A DNA stretch of 64,000 bases from Chitinophaga pinensis. GTDB taxonomy: Bacteria; Bacteroidota; Bacteroidia; UKL13-3. The translations under genes and the position numbers were made by a program. Every line of letters begins with the position of its first letter. The stretch's first letter is position 1. Positions 1-9,200 of this stretch are shown piece by piece. The stretch covers positions 8,884 to 72,883 of the forward strand of contig CAMBSD010000017.1 of assembly GCA_945870425.1 (NCBI GenBank). Direction: 5' to 3'. Below the pieces are notes generated by a model. That model was given only the letters and a program-made list of their open reading frames with translations. It did no database searches and was not told where the DNA came from.

Positions 1-897
1 ATCAGCACCCACCTGTCCAATATACACTTTATTACCTGTGGCCAATCCTCCACCTGAATTAAGGAATGACGAATTTGCAAAAACCACAATCATCGAATCA
101 ATATCAGATGGTGTTTGTGGTGGAAAATTCTTATGGTACTTATAATAGAAAAGCGTACTCCTATTATTTGCACCTTCTGTAACAAAGGTTACCCATAAGT
201 CACAGGTTTGATTTATTAGCAGAGTTCTTGTACAGGCGTTATCATCCAACAATTGAGGATTACGAACTGCTACTGATTGAGCAGATGGCAATAAAGTATT
301 TATATTAGTTAGCATTTGGGTGCTCACTATATCATTAGGTACAAGAACATTGTTTGGCACACCCAATGAATTCCATCCACCTAGGCGATAAGAAAGTTTA
401 TTCACTGTTTTGCCTAAGGCAGAGGTATAACCATGATTTGAAGTTGCAGTTTTAACCTTCAATGGATTTTTGCCTCCTAGTTGCGCATATATCTTGGGAC
501 TATTGATATCTAAAATAATATCTGTTGGTATACCAATATAACTAGTGTTTAGTGTTACCTGCTTTAAACAGGTAGCCAATGAAATATTAGTTTTAAACAA
601 ACCATTTTCATCCGTAGCACCTATGGCAACAACTTCGCCTCCGTTTTCTTTACTACCTGTGCTCAAAGTAACTTTAGTAAATTTAACAGGATCGTTGTTT
701 GTACCTAAAATGCTAATTTCAAAGTTAGTTTCCTGGGTAGTTTTGTATTGAAATCCAGTAGGAACTTTAATTTCGGTAACATTGGATACATCGGCTAATG
801 GATTAATTACATTACCATCGGTTCCTGATAAACTTAATTCCTTGCGGCAAGATGCAAGCAATGATAAAGCAATGGCAATTGTTATTATTTTTTTCAT
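1..897 (-). CDS. Lipoprotein of unknown function. N-terminus is inside the window; the C-terminal part runs off the window start.
   Basis: Reverse-strand translation from the ATG at 895-897 gives MKKIITIAIALSLLASCRKE... (signal peptide plus lipobox Cys). The frame stays open to position 1. No family confidently recognised (possibly LruC/DUF4842-like). Confidence 0.5.
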   Translation of the reverse strand, partial: MKKIITIAIALSLLASCRKELSLSGTDGNVINPLADVSNVTEIKVPTGFQYKTTQETNFEISILGTNNDPVKFTKVTLSTGSKENGGEVVAIGATDENGLFKTNISLATCLKQVTLNTSYIGIPTDIILDINSPKIYAQLGGKNPLKVKTATSNHGYTSALGKTVNKLSYRLGGWNSLGVPNNVLVPNDIVSTQMLTNINTLLPSAQSVAVRNPQLLDDNACTRTLLINQTCDLWVTFVTEGANNRSTLFYYKYHKNFPPQTPSDIDSMIVVFANSSFLNSGGGLATGNKVYIGQVGAD

Positions 898-1153
898 GAT
901 CTTAATGATAGCTAAGACCATTTACCCTAAATCCATACCAAGCGAACAAACATCTAATTATCAGAAAATTAACATAAACCCAAAAAGAAATTAAATCCCA
1001 AATATGGTCATTTTTCCCATTTGGAATCAAAAATAGTATGGTAGTTCAAACTGCGTCAAATCAATTGTAAATCTCGTATTAACATTAAATTAAAATTAAA
1101 AAGGCTCTAGCTGTTTCCAACTAAAGCCTTATAAATAAATAGAGTAAATAATA

Positions 1154-1837
1154 TTAATGACTGCCCTTTAATTTTAATTTGTCTTTAAAAACCTTCTCAA
1201 GTTTCTCAACTTTAGGGGCAATCACAAATTGACAATACGATTGTTCGCTATTTTGGTTATAATAATTCTGATGATAATCTTCAGCAGAGTAATAATTATT
1301 TATTGCTGTTATCTCAGTAACAATTGGATTACTAAATGCGCCACTTGCATTTAACTCAGACTTATACTTTTCTGCTAATTGCATTTGAATATCGTTATAA
1401 TAAAATATGGCCGAACGATATTGTGTTCCAACATCATTACCCTGACGATTTAATGTAGTTGGATCATGGGTTTGCCAAAAAATAGATAACAAAGTTTCAT
1501 AAGAAACCATTTTAGGATCAAAGGTAATTCTGCATACCTCAGCATGACCAGTAGTTCCAGTGCATACATCTTTATAGGTAGGGCTCACCATATGTCCACC
1601 AGCATAACCACTTTCAACCTTAACCACACCATCTAAGAGCTGAAACATGGCTTCTACGCACCAAAAACAGCCAGCACCGAAAAGAGCTGTATCTAATTCA
1701 TTGTTATTTACTTCGTTTGTCATATTATTCGTTGTTTGGGTTATTTTTTTTTGACTATTTCTTTGACCACAGGCCGTTACAAATGTCAACAATAATATGG
1801 ACAGATGTAAAAGGTAAATTGTTTTACTATTTCTCAT
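1154..1837 (-). CDS. msrA: Peptide methionine sulfoxide reductase MsrA, lipoprotein/secreted form
   Basis: 227-aa ORF with the GCFWC active-site motif (FGAGCFWCVEAMF). N-terminal signal peptide and lipobox (LLTFVTACGQ). Confidence 0.9.
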   Translation of the reverse strand: MRNSKTIYLLHLSILLLTFVTACGQRNSQKKITQTTNNMTNEVNNNELDTALFGAGCFWCVEAMFQLLDGVVKVESGYAGGHMVSPTYKDVCTGTTGHAEVCRITFDPKMVSYETLLSIFWQTHDPTTLNRQGNDVGTQYRSAIFYYNDIQMQLAEKYKSELNASGAFSNPIVTEITAINNYYSAEDYHQNYYNQNSEQSYCQFVIAPKVEKLEKVFKDKLKLKGSH

Positions 1838-2090
1838 ATTTATATAAACGCAAAAAAAGAGGTATTGGTTTTTAAATCAGCAGCAAAAAATAAACTCTAC
1901 AATAACGACTTTAAAAAGATTAACATTTTGCCAAAAACATAAATTAAGTTGCCGAAGAAACTTCCAAACACTATTTGAGTCAATTAAGGCAAAACAAATA
2001 TAAAGCGGCAAATTATAAATTAAAATAGTATTATGAAACAGATCAAGGAGAAATCTTTGGCCTTATTCATTTTAGCGTAAACTCAATATT

Positions 2091-3221
2091 TTAAAACTTT
2101 TTCCCATGAGTCAAAGAAATAATTTGCTTTAACAATGAAGGAGTATAATTTAATAATTTTAAGCTCCACAAAGTGGTTAATCTTTTACCAAATAAGCGTT
2201 GAAGATAAAAAGCAATTTTTATTCTATTTGAAAAATTTTGATTCCATTCGTTCGTATAATTTTTGATTAATTCGTCTTTAGAAATTTTATTTTCAAAAAA
2301 CAAATGAACATGATTGGCCAATATTTTGGAGGCACGCAAGGCAATGCTCATCCCATTTCCGCAGAGCGGTGCAATGGCACCAGCAGCATCACCTAGCATA
2401 ATAATACCATGATTAAAAGCTTGTTTTTTCTCAAAACTAATTTGACTAATTACAACTGGTTTTTCAAACAAAAAAGATGATTCAGTAAAGTATTTTTTCA
2501 AATGTGGATTTTCATAAAGAATATTTTGCTCCATAAGCTTAATATCATTTTGATTTAATCTCAAGTTTTTAGCAGTTGTTAAATAACAAAGGCAATACGT
2601 ATCGTTATCAACCTTTGAAACGCCACAATAGCCATCCTTAAAATTATGCAATTCAATAATATTAAAAGGTAAATCTGTTTTGATATGATATTTTACCCCT
2701 ATGTACTTTCCTTTTTCGGTTGCCTTTTTTTGCGCTATAAACGGTGGGTTTATTTTCCCAAAACTGCCACAAACCAATTTTGATTGAAAAGTGTTTGAAT
2801 TGGATGTTATTTGATAGATTTCATCATGTAGCTTTACATCCAGAACCTTGGTATTATCAAAAATAGTAACACCCACCTCTTTCGCCTTTTTGCACAATAA
2901 ATCATCTAGTGAAAATCGGCTAATACCAAATCCGCCCAAATCTAATGGTGATTTTATTACATAACCATTTGGCGCAGAAACATGAATGGTATCGATAATT
3001 GGCAAGGATAGTTTTTCCAAAGACAAACCTAAACTGTTTAAAAAATCCCAACTTTCTAATGAAATATACTCACCACAAACTTTATGAAATGGGTACTTAT
3101 TTTTTTCAAACAAAATAACTTGGTGCCCTTTTTGTGCCAATTGAATCGACAAACTTAGACCTGCCAATCCACCACCAATAATAGCACAATCATATAGAAA
3201 AGATTGATTATCCATAAACAA
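2091..3221 (-). CDS. FAD-dependent oxidoreductase / flavoprotein monooxygenase-like (GGR/FixC-like fold)
   Basis: N-terminal Rossmann motif AIIGGGLAGLS. GDAAG motif (LGDAAGAIAP). 376 aa. Overlaps the upstream methyltransferase gene by 14 nt (operon). Confidence 0.8.
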   Translation of the reverse strand: MFMDNQSFLYDCAIIGGGLAGLSLSIQLAQKGHQVILFEKNKYPFHKVCGEYISLESWDFLNSLGLSLEKLSLPIIDTIHVSAPNGYVIKSPLDLGGFGISRFSLDDLLCKKAKEVGVTIFDNTKVLDVKLHDEIYQITSNSNTFQSKLVCGSFGKINPPFIAQKKATEKGKYIGVKYHIKTDLPFNIIELHNFKDGYCGVSKVDNDTYCLCYLTTAKNLRLNQNDIKLMEQNILYENPHLKKYFTESSFLFEKPVVISQISFEKKQAFNHGIIMLGDAAGAIAPLCGNGMSIALRASKILANHVHLFFENKISKDELIKNYTNEWNQNFSNRIKIAFYLQRLFGKRLTTLWSLKLLNYTPSLLKQIISLTHGKKF

Positions 3222-3915
3222 CTACTTCGTGTCTAAATGCCCATTTGTTTTTAACCGTATATTCTTTTGCTCCAGCTTGCTGAATCATATCAAGCCATTC
3301 ATTGTTTTTAAAGCCTCTCAGGACAGAAAGAGGCGCATCGTTTTTTACCAAATATGATTTTGAAAAAAGCATTGTTAAAAATTTGATGGAGTAATAAGCA
3401 AATCTATTTCGCTCCAAATCGTTAATGATTAAAATGGCTTTGTGTTTGATGGTAAACTGCAAGAGTTCAATAATCTGATTGGTAGTAAGGTGATGACAAA
3501 ATAAACTTGCATGAATAATATTTACTTCGTTCACATGTAAATGGATATTTCGGTAATCATCACAAATAAAATTCAAAGATTCATTGGGTTCGTTATGATT
3601 GGAATAATCAACACATGTTTTTTTTAAATCTATCCCATATAACTTGATTTCTTTATTGTTTTTTTTCGACCAATTAAAGATTGTTTTTAAAGTATCTCCT
3701 CCACCACTTCCGATATCTACCAATGTGAGTGGTTGATTATTAAACTCGATTTTCTTTAGTGCGTTTAGTGAAATTTGATAGCCACCCAATAAAGAATTGA
3801 TGACATGTAATTCTTTTAAATTCTGGAATAAATCAGTCTCAGGAATTTGCTCCGCATCTAATAATTCTTTTTTGGTACTTCTATTTTTAAACATAAGCCA
3901 ATTGCATGGTTTCAA
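3208..3915 (-). CDS. Class I SAM-dependent methyltransferase
   Basis: Motif I VDIGSGGGD. 235 aa. Overlaps the type III PKS stop and the oxidoreductase start. Confidence 0.75.
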   Translation of the reverse strand: MKPCNWLMFKNRSTKKELLDAEQIPETDLFQNLKELHVINSLLGGYQISLNALKKIEFNNQPLTLVDIGSGGGDTLKTIFNWSKKNNKEIKLYGIDLKKTCVDYSNHNEPNESLNFICDDYRNIHLHVNEVNIIHASLFCHHLTTNQIIELLQFTIKHKAILIINDLERNRFAYYSIKFLTMLFSKSYLVKNDAPLSVLRGFKNNEWLDMIQQAGAKEYTVKNKWAFRHEVVVYG

Positions 3916-5023
3916 TTGTTAAACCTGGACCAAAAGCGGCAGTGAATATAGTATTTCCGCTCGTTTTCTTTTCATTATTCCCAATCAATTCTTTCAACAC
4001 AAATAATATGGTGGGTGAAGACATGTTACCATAATTCTTTAAAACATTATAAGCAGAGGCCAATTCATTATTTTCCAAATCAAACACTTTCACAAAATCA
4101 TCCAGAATTTTTTTACCCCCAGGATGAATGGCCCAAAAGTTTATCTTATCTTTTTGAATGTTTAAATCACTCAACATTTTTGAAATATTCCCATTGATCA
4201 AATTGGAAATATAAGCCGATAAACTCATCAAAAAACCATTTTCAGAAAGTTGCCAAGCCATATCGTTTTGACCTTCGTGAATGATTAACGAATTAAATGA
4301 AGTAATTGCCAAGTCATTATATTCAGGCAAATTTTGAGGTTTGGAACTCACAATGGCTGCTGCGCATCCATCGCTGAAAAGCGAATTAGAAAGCAAATAA
4401 TCATCTGTAAAACTGTTTTGAATATGAATGGTACATAACTCTGTACAAACAATTAAAACCTTAGCGTTTGGGAGGCTATTGCAAATAGAATTGGCTTGAT
4501 TCAGTGCAATTATAGCAGCATTGCAACCCATAAAATTAATACTACTTCGTTGGGTTTTCGGATTTAAATTTAGTGCTTGAATCAACTCAATATCCAAGCC
4601 GGGAGCAAAAAGTCCGGTGCAAGTAACAGTAATGATATGTGTGATGCTACTTTTAATGGATTCAAAATTTGCTATCTTTCGAATAGCAGAAAGAGAAAGT
4701 TGCAAGGCATTTGTTTTATAAATCTCCATGCGCTTGGTTAATGAAACAGGCGGAGATAAATCCCAATTCTTTTCAAAAAAAGTAAAATCAGATGGCTGTT
4801 TGCCAAAATCAGCTAAAACAGAATAACGTGTTTGAATGCCTGATTTAGCAGCTACCATGTTCATTTTGCGTTTTATGGTAACATCCTCTGCAGTATTTTG
4901 AAAAAAAGCAGCCAATTCGTTTTGATGATATTGGTAAGCAGGAACTGCAATTTCAATGGCTGTTAAATAACTCAAAATAAATGCTTGGTTAAGAATAAAA
5001 TAATAAAACAAATGTTCATGCAA
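3887..5023 (-). CDS. Type III polyketide synthase (chalcone/stilbene synthase family; alkylresorcinol-synthase-like)
   Basis: Active-site Cys context FMGCNAAIIAL. C-terminal signature FWAIHPGGKKILD and GPGLTIETMQL (compare CHS WIAHPGGPAILD / GPGLTVE). 378 aa. Confidence 0.85.
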   Translation of the reverse strand: MHEHLFYYFILNQAFILSYLTAIEIAVPAYQYHQNELAAFFQNTAEDVTIKRKMNMVAAKSGIQTRYSVLADFGKQPSDFTFFEKNWDLSPPVSLTKRMEIYKTNALQLSLSAIRKIANFESIKSSITHIITVTCTGLFAPGLDIELIQALNLNPKTQRSSINFMGCNAAIIALNQANSICNSLPNAKVLIVCTELCTIHIQNSFTDDYLLSNSLFSDGCAAAIVSSKPQNLPEYNDLAITSFNSLIIHEGQNDMAWQLSENGFLMSLSAYISNLINGNISKMLSDLNIQKDKINFWAIHPGGKKILDDFVKVFDLENNELASAYNVLKNYGNMSSPTILFVLKELIGNNEKKTSGNTIFTAAFGPGLTIETMQLAYV

Positions 5024-5880
5024 AAGGCAGCTATTAAATTCATACGCATGGTATTTTTAAAATTAGCCGCTTTTTCATTTTTAATGGTTCTTACAAACCA
5101 CCATGCAAAGTACCCAACAATTGGTAAGAATAAAAGTTGTATCAAAAAAAAATTATTTGTATTACCTATTTGTTCAAAATATAAATAATAAAACACATTA
5201 CAGATTCCAAACATGAGTGCAGTAAAAACAAAGGTTCCTCTGTATCCTAATTGATAGCTTAATGTTTTTACACCATCCCCTAAATCTGCTTCATGCTGAT
5301 AAATTTGTGTTAATGGATAAGCACCTGCTATTTGAAAACTACAAGCTAAAAGCAATGAAATATTAGCACTTGAAAACGCGAACGAATCATTTGTAATTCC
5401 TATAACGCTCATGATATAGGTAAAGCCTCCTTGAAAAATAACCACTGTTAAAAATCCAATGATGGGATATTTTTTTAATCTAACTTGTTTGGAACTATAA
5501 GCCCTTGAAGCCAAAATATAAACAAGTATGCACAATGAAAAAAGTCTATTTACTAAGGAAAAAGCCAATATTATAGCCAATACATCTAGAACTAAAGTAA
5601 GGTAAAACAAATGAATAGTGGGTGCAGGAGGCTTTTCTATTCCACCAATACTGCCTTCATCTCTGTCAATATAACTATTATAGCCATTGCTTGCAGGGTA
5701 AACCAATAGATGAATAATGATAAAACTAAATAGCGAAGTGTAAATATTAACTGTAGACTGACTCAATGCCAAAATAAATAAAGGCATTAACAGCAGTGAA
5801 AATGGAATACGAAGTAACTGAAGCGTATTTCTAAAAACAGTATTTTTCATTTTGAAATGTTTGTATACAAACTTAAGCAC
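4972..5880 (-). CDS. UbiA-family aromatic prenyltransferase (integral membrane)
   Basis: 302 aa with about 8 hydrophobic helices. Asp-rich motif NSYIDRDEG near TM2. Overlaps the PKS start by about 50 nt. Confidence 0.6.
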   Translation of the reverse strand: MLKFVYKHFKMKNTVFRNTLQLLRIPFSLLLMPLFILALSQSTVNIYTSLFSFIIIHLLVYPASNGYNSYIDRDEGSIGGIEKPPAPTIHLFYLTLVLDVLAIILAFSLVNRLFSLCILVYILASRAYSSKQVRLKKYPIIGFLTVVIFQGGFTYIMSVIGITNDSFAFSSANISLLLACSFQIAGAYPLTQIYQHEADLGDGVKTLSYQLGYRGTFVFTALMFGICNVFYYLYFEQIGNTNNFFLIQLLFLPIVGYFAWWFVRTIKNEKAANFKNTMRMNLIAAFCMNICFIILFLTKHLF

Positions 5881-6212
5881 TTATATCACAATATGGCATT
5901 CATTCTTTGCTATCGCTTAATAACAATAATCCGCACTCGCTAGCGTCCCGCTGGTGAGTGTATTGATATGCCTCTGGCTGATTTTACAATATTACAAAGT
6001 TAAAAACTTTGCTTATCTATCCTCGCAATTGACACTGCGCTTAACACTTGTGAGAGCTTAGTCAATAAACAATTTTTCATAACAAATAAACTTAAATTTA
6101 GTATGAAGTTCTCAACCAAAACAACTCAGTTTTGGCCATCCATCACATTTTCAAACCCAATCGCTGTAACTTTTTTATATTGCTTATCGTATTAGTCTGA
6201 AATCTGCTCATT

Positions 6213-9200
6213 ATGATAAAAAAAATACTCCTCCTTTCTGTTCTATCCTTATTATTGCTAAGTATTGCCACAGCGCAAGAAAATGGCACTCCTAAAGCCG
6301 AAAAGATTCTGCATCAAACCATCATACATGGCGATACACTGCGAGATAATTATTTTTGGCTAAGGGATAAAAACAGCCCAGAGGTTATCAACTACCTATA
6401 TGCCAACAATGCTTACGCAGATAACAAAATGAAGGCGAGCAGCACCCTTCAAAAGGTATTGTTTGACGAATACAGAAGTCGGGTGAAAGAAACCTTTGAC
6501 AGCAAACCACAGAAAAATGAAGGCTATTACTACTATACCCGAAATGTAGCAGATAAAGATTATCCTGCCTTATACCGCAAAAAAGACAGTTTAAGTGCCA
6601 AAGAACAGGTGGTGCTTGACTTGAACGAACTATCAAAAGAATATTTCTATTTCTCCTTACAGTTTTTAAACTATAGCCCCGACCAATCCATCATAGCCTA
6701 TGGTGTTGACACCAAAGGAAGTTTGGTATCCACCATGTATTTTAAAATATTGGATATTGATTCTACCCTGAAGAATGAAAAAATTGATAGCGTATTAAGT
6801 GTAAGTTGGGCTAACGACAATAAAACCATTTATTATACAAAAGCCGAAGCCAAAACCAAACGTAGCTATAGGCTTTACAAACACACGCTTGGCAGCAACC
6901 CATTGGAAGATGAGTTGCTATATGAAGAGCCTGATAAAACATACGAAATAGGACTTAAACGCTCTTCATCAAAAAAATTCATTATCATGGAAGCAAGCAA
7001 AAGCCAAAGCAGCGAAGCTTGGTATTGGAGCGCAGATGATGTGCGTGCAAAACCCCTTTTGTTTAAGAAAAGAGAAGCCGCTTTGCTATACGATATCAAT
7101 CACTATGAAGGAGATGAGTTTTATATACAAACCAATTACAATGCCCTTAACCAACAATTGATGAAAGCCCCAATTAATGCCAAGTCTTGCAAAGAATGGC
7201 AAGTGGTAATTCCACACCGAAGTGGGGTTTTGTTTTCTGGTTATAGTTTATTGAAGAACTACCTTATTTGGAGCGAGCAACAAAATGTAGAACAAAGAAT
7301 TTTGATTAAACAAAGAAAAACCAATCAAATTGACACTCTAAAATCTAAAATAACATTAGGTAGCATGTCTTTCAGTATTGAAGATTATGATTACGAAAAA
7401 ACCAATGAAATAAGGTACAGCGCAGAAACCATGGTTACACCATCTGAAGAGTATAACTATGATTTAAACACAAAAAAGCAAACTTTTTATAATATGGATA
7501 GTATCAATGGGAAGTATAACCCAAGCTTGTATGCTAGCGAAAGGGTTTGGGCCAAAGCCAAAGATGGTGTGATGATACCCATTACCTTGGCTTATAAAAA
7601 AGGAATGCTTAAAAATGGCAACAATCCATTACTTCTTAGTGGCTATGGTAGCTATGGAGTTAGCTCTATGCCCGATTTCAACCAACTCAATATTAGCTTA
7701 CTTGACAGGGGTTTTATAGTGGCCACTGCGCACATCAGAGGTGGTAGAGAAATGGGTCAGGAATGGTATGACGATGGACGCATGTTGTATAAGAAAAATA
7801 CCTTCACCGATTTTATTACTTGTGCTGAACATTTGATAGCAGAAAAATATACTAGCACAGCTAAACTAGCAGTAGAAGGTGGTTCTGCTGGAGGTTTGTT
7901 GATGGGGGCTGTTACCAATATGCGAACTGATTTATTCAAATGTGTGATAGCCAGTGTGCCCTTTGTGGATGTAATCAATACCATGTTAGATGAGAGTATT
8001 CCTTTGACTACAGGTGAGTTTGAAGAATGGGGAAATCCGAAAAATAAGAAATACTATGACTACATGAAATCCTATTCACCTTATGATAACGTGGAACCTA
8101 AGACATATCCTCACATGCTTATAACTGCAGGCTACAACGATGCCCAAGTGGGCTATTGGGAGCCTGCCAAATGGGTAGCTAAGTTAAGGGAATTGAAAAC
8201 CGATACTAATATGCTTTTATTCAAAACCGTGATGGAAGGCGGACATGGCGGCTCTTCTGGTAGGTACAATAAACTTATAGAACAAGCTTACCGCACAGCT
8301 TTTGTTATGCAATGTTTGGGAGTGAAAGAAAACTACATCAGCCTAAAAGGTAAAGTGGTAGATGAATATAATGAACCTGTTATTTATGCCAATGTGTATT
8401 TAGAGGAAAGTAAAATAGGTACAACAAGCAATCAAAATGGAGAGTTTGAATTAAAAGTAAAAGAGTTTAACAATGCTACTTTGGTGGTTCAATCATTGAC
8501 CTATGAAAAACAAAAAATCAAACTTGGACTAAGAACAAGAATACAAAACTTGGTCATTAAAATGAAATCTGAAAACATTCAGATGAAAACGGTAACGGTT
8601 GTTGCCAATGCAGTTGACCCAGCTTTGGGCATCATCAAGCAAGCCATCAAAAAGCGTAAAGAAAACTACGATAGAGTGAAATCATTCTCATCGGATGTGT
8701 ATATGAAATCGAATGTAAAACTATTGGAAGTACCCAAAAACATGCCTTTCTTTTTGAAGCTAGTTGCCAACGGTGAAGTGATTGATTCAAACGATTTAGG
8801 GCTTGTATATTTATCAGAATCTTCTGCAAAATATTACTTTGAAAAACCTGACAATAACAAAGAGGAAATGATGGCAAGCAAAGTAGCTGGACAGAAGCAA
8901 GGCTTTAGTTGGAACAGGGTAAAAGATGTATTCTTCAATTTGTATGAACCTACCATAGACCTAAGCTATTACAGCGAAAGGCCATTTGTATCCCCTATTG
9001 CACCTTTGGCATCTCTTAGTTATAAATATAAATTCAAAGGCAGTTTTTATATAGATAACAAGGAGGTAAACAAAATAGAAATCATTCCCCTTCGCAAGGG
9101 TGACCCATTGTTTCAAGGTTATATTTACATTACATCAAACGATTACCAAATATATGGTGCGGATTTACGAGCCACAAAGGATGCACAAATACAATTTGTA

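Noticed and set aside
1080-1140. Candidate terminator hairpin after msrA (aaggctctag…ctaaagcctt)
   Set aside because: Stem has a central mismatch and no clear T-run on the relevant strand.
3887-5023. FabH-type 3-oxoacyl-ACP synthase III instead of type III PKS
   Set aside because: The C-terminal WAIHPGG…GPGLT(I/V)E signature and GCxAA active-site context match the CHS/type III PKS family rather than FabH.
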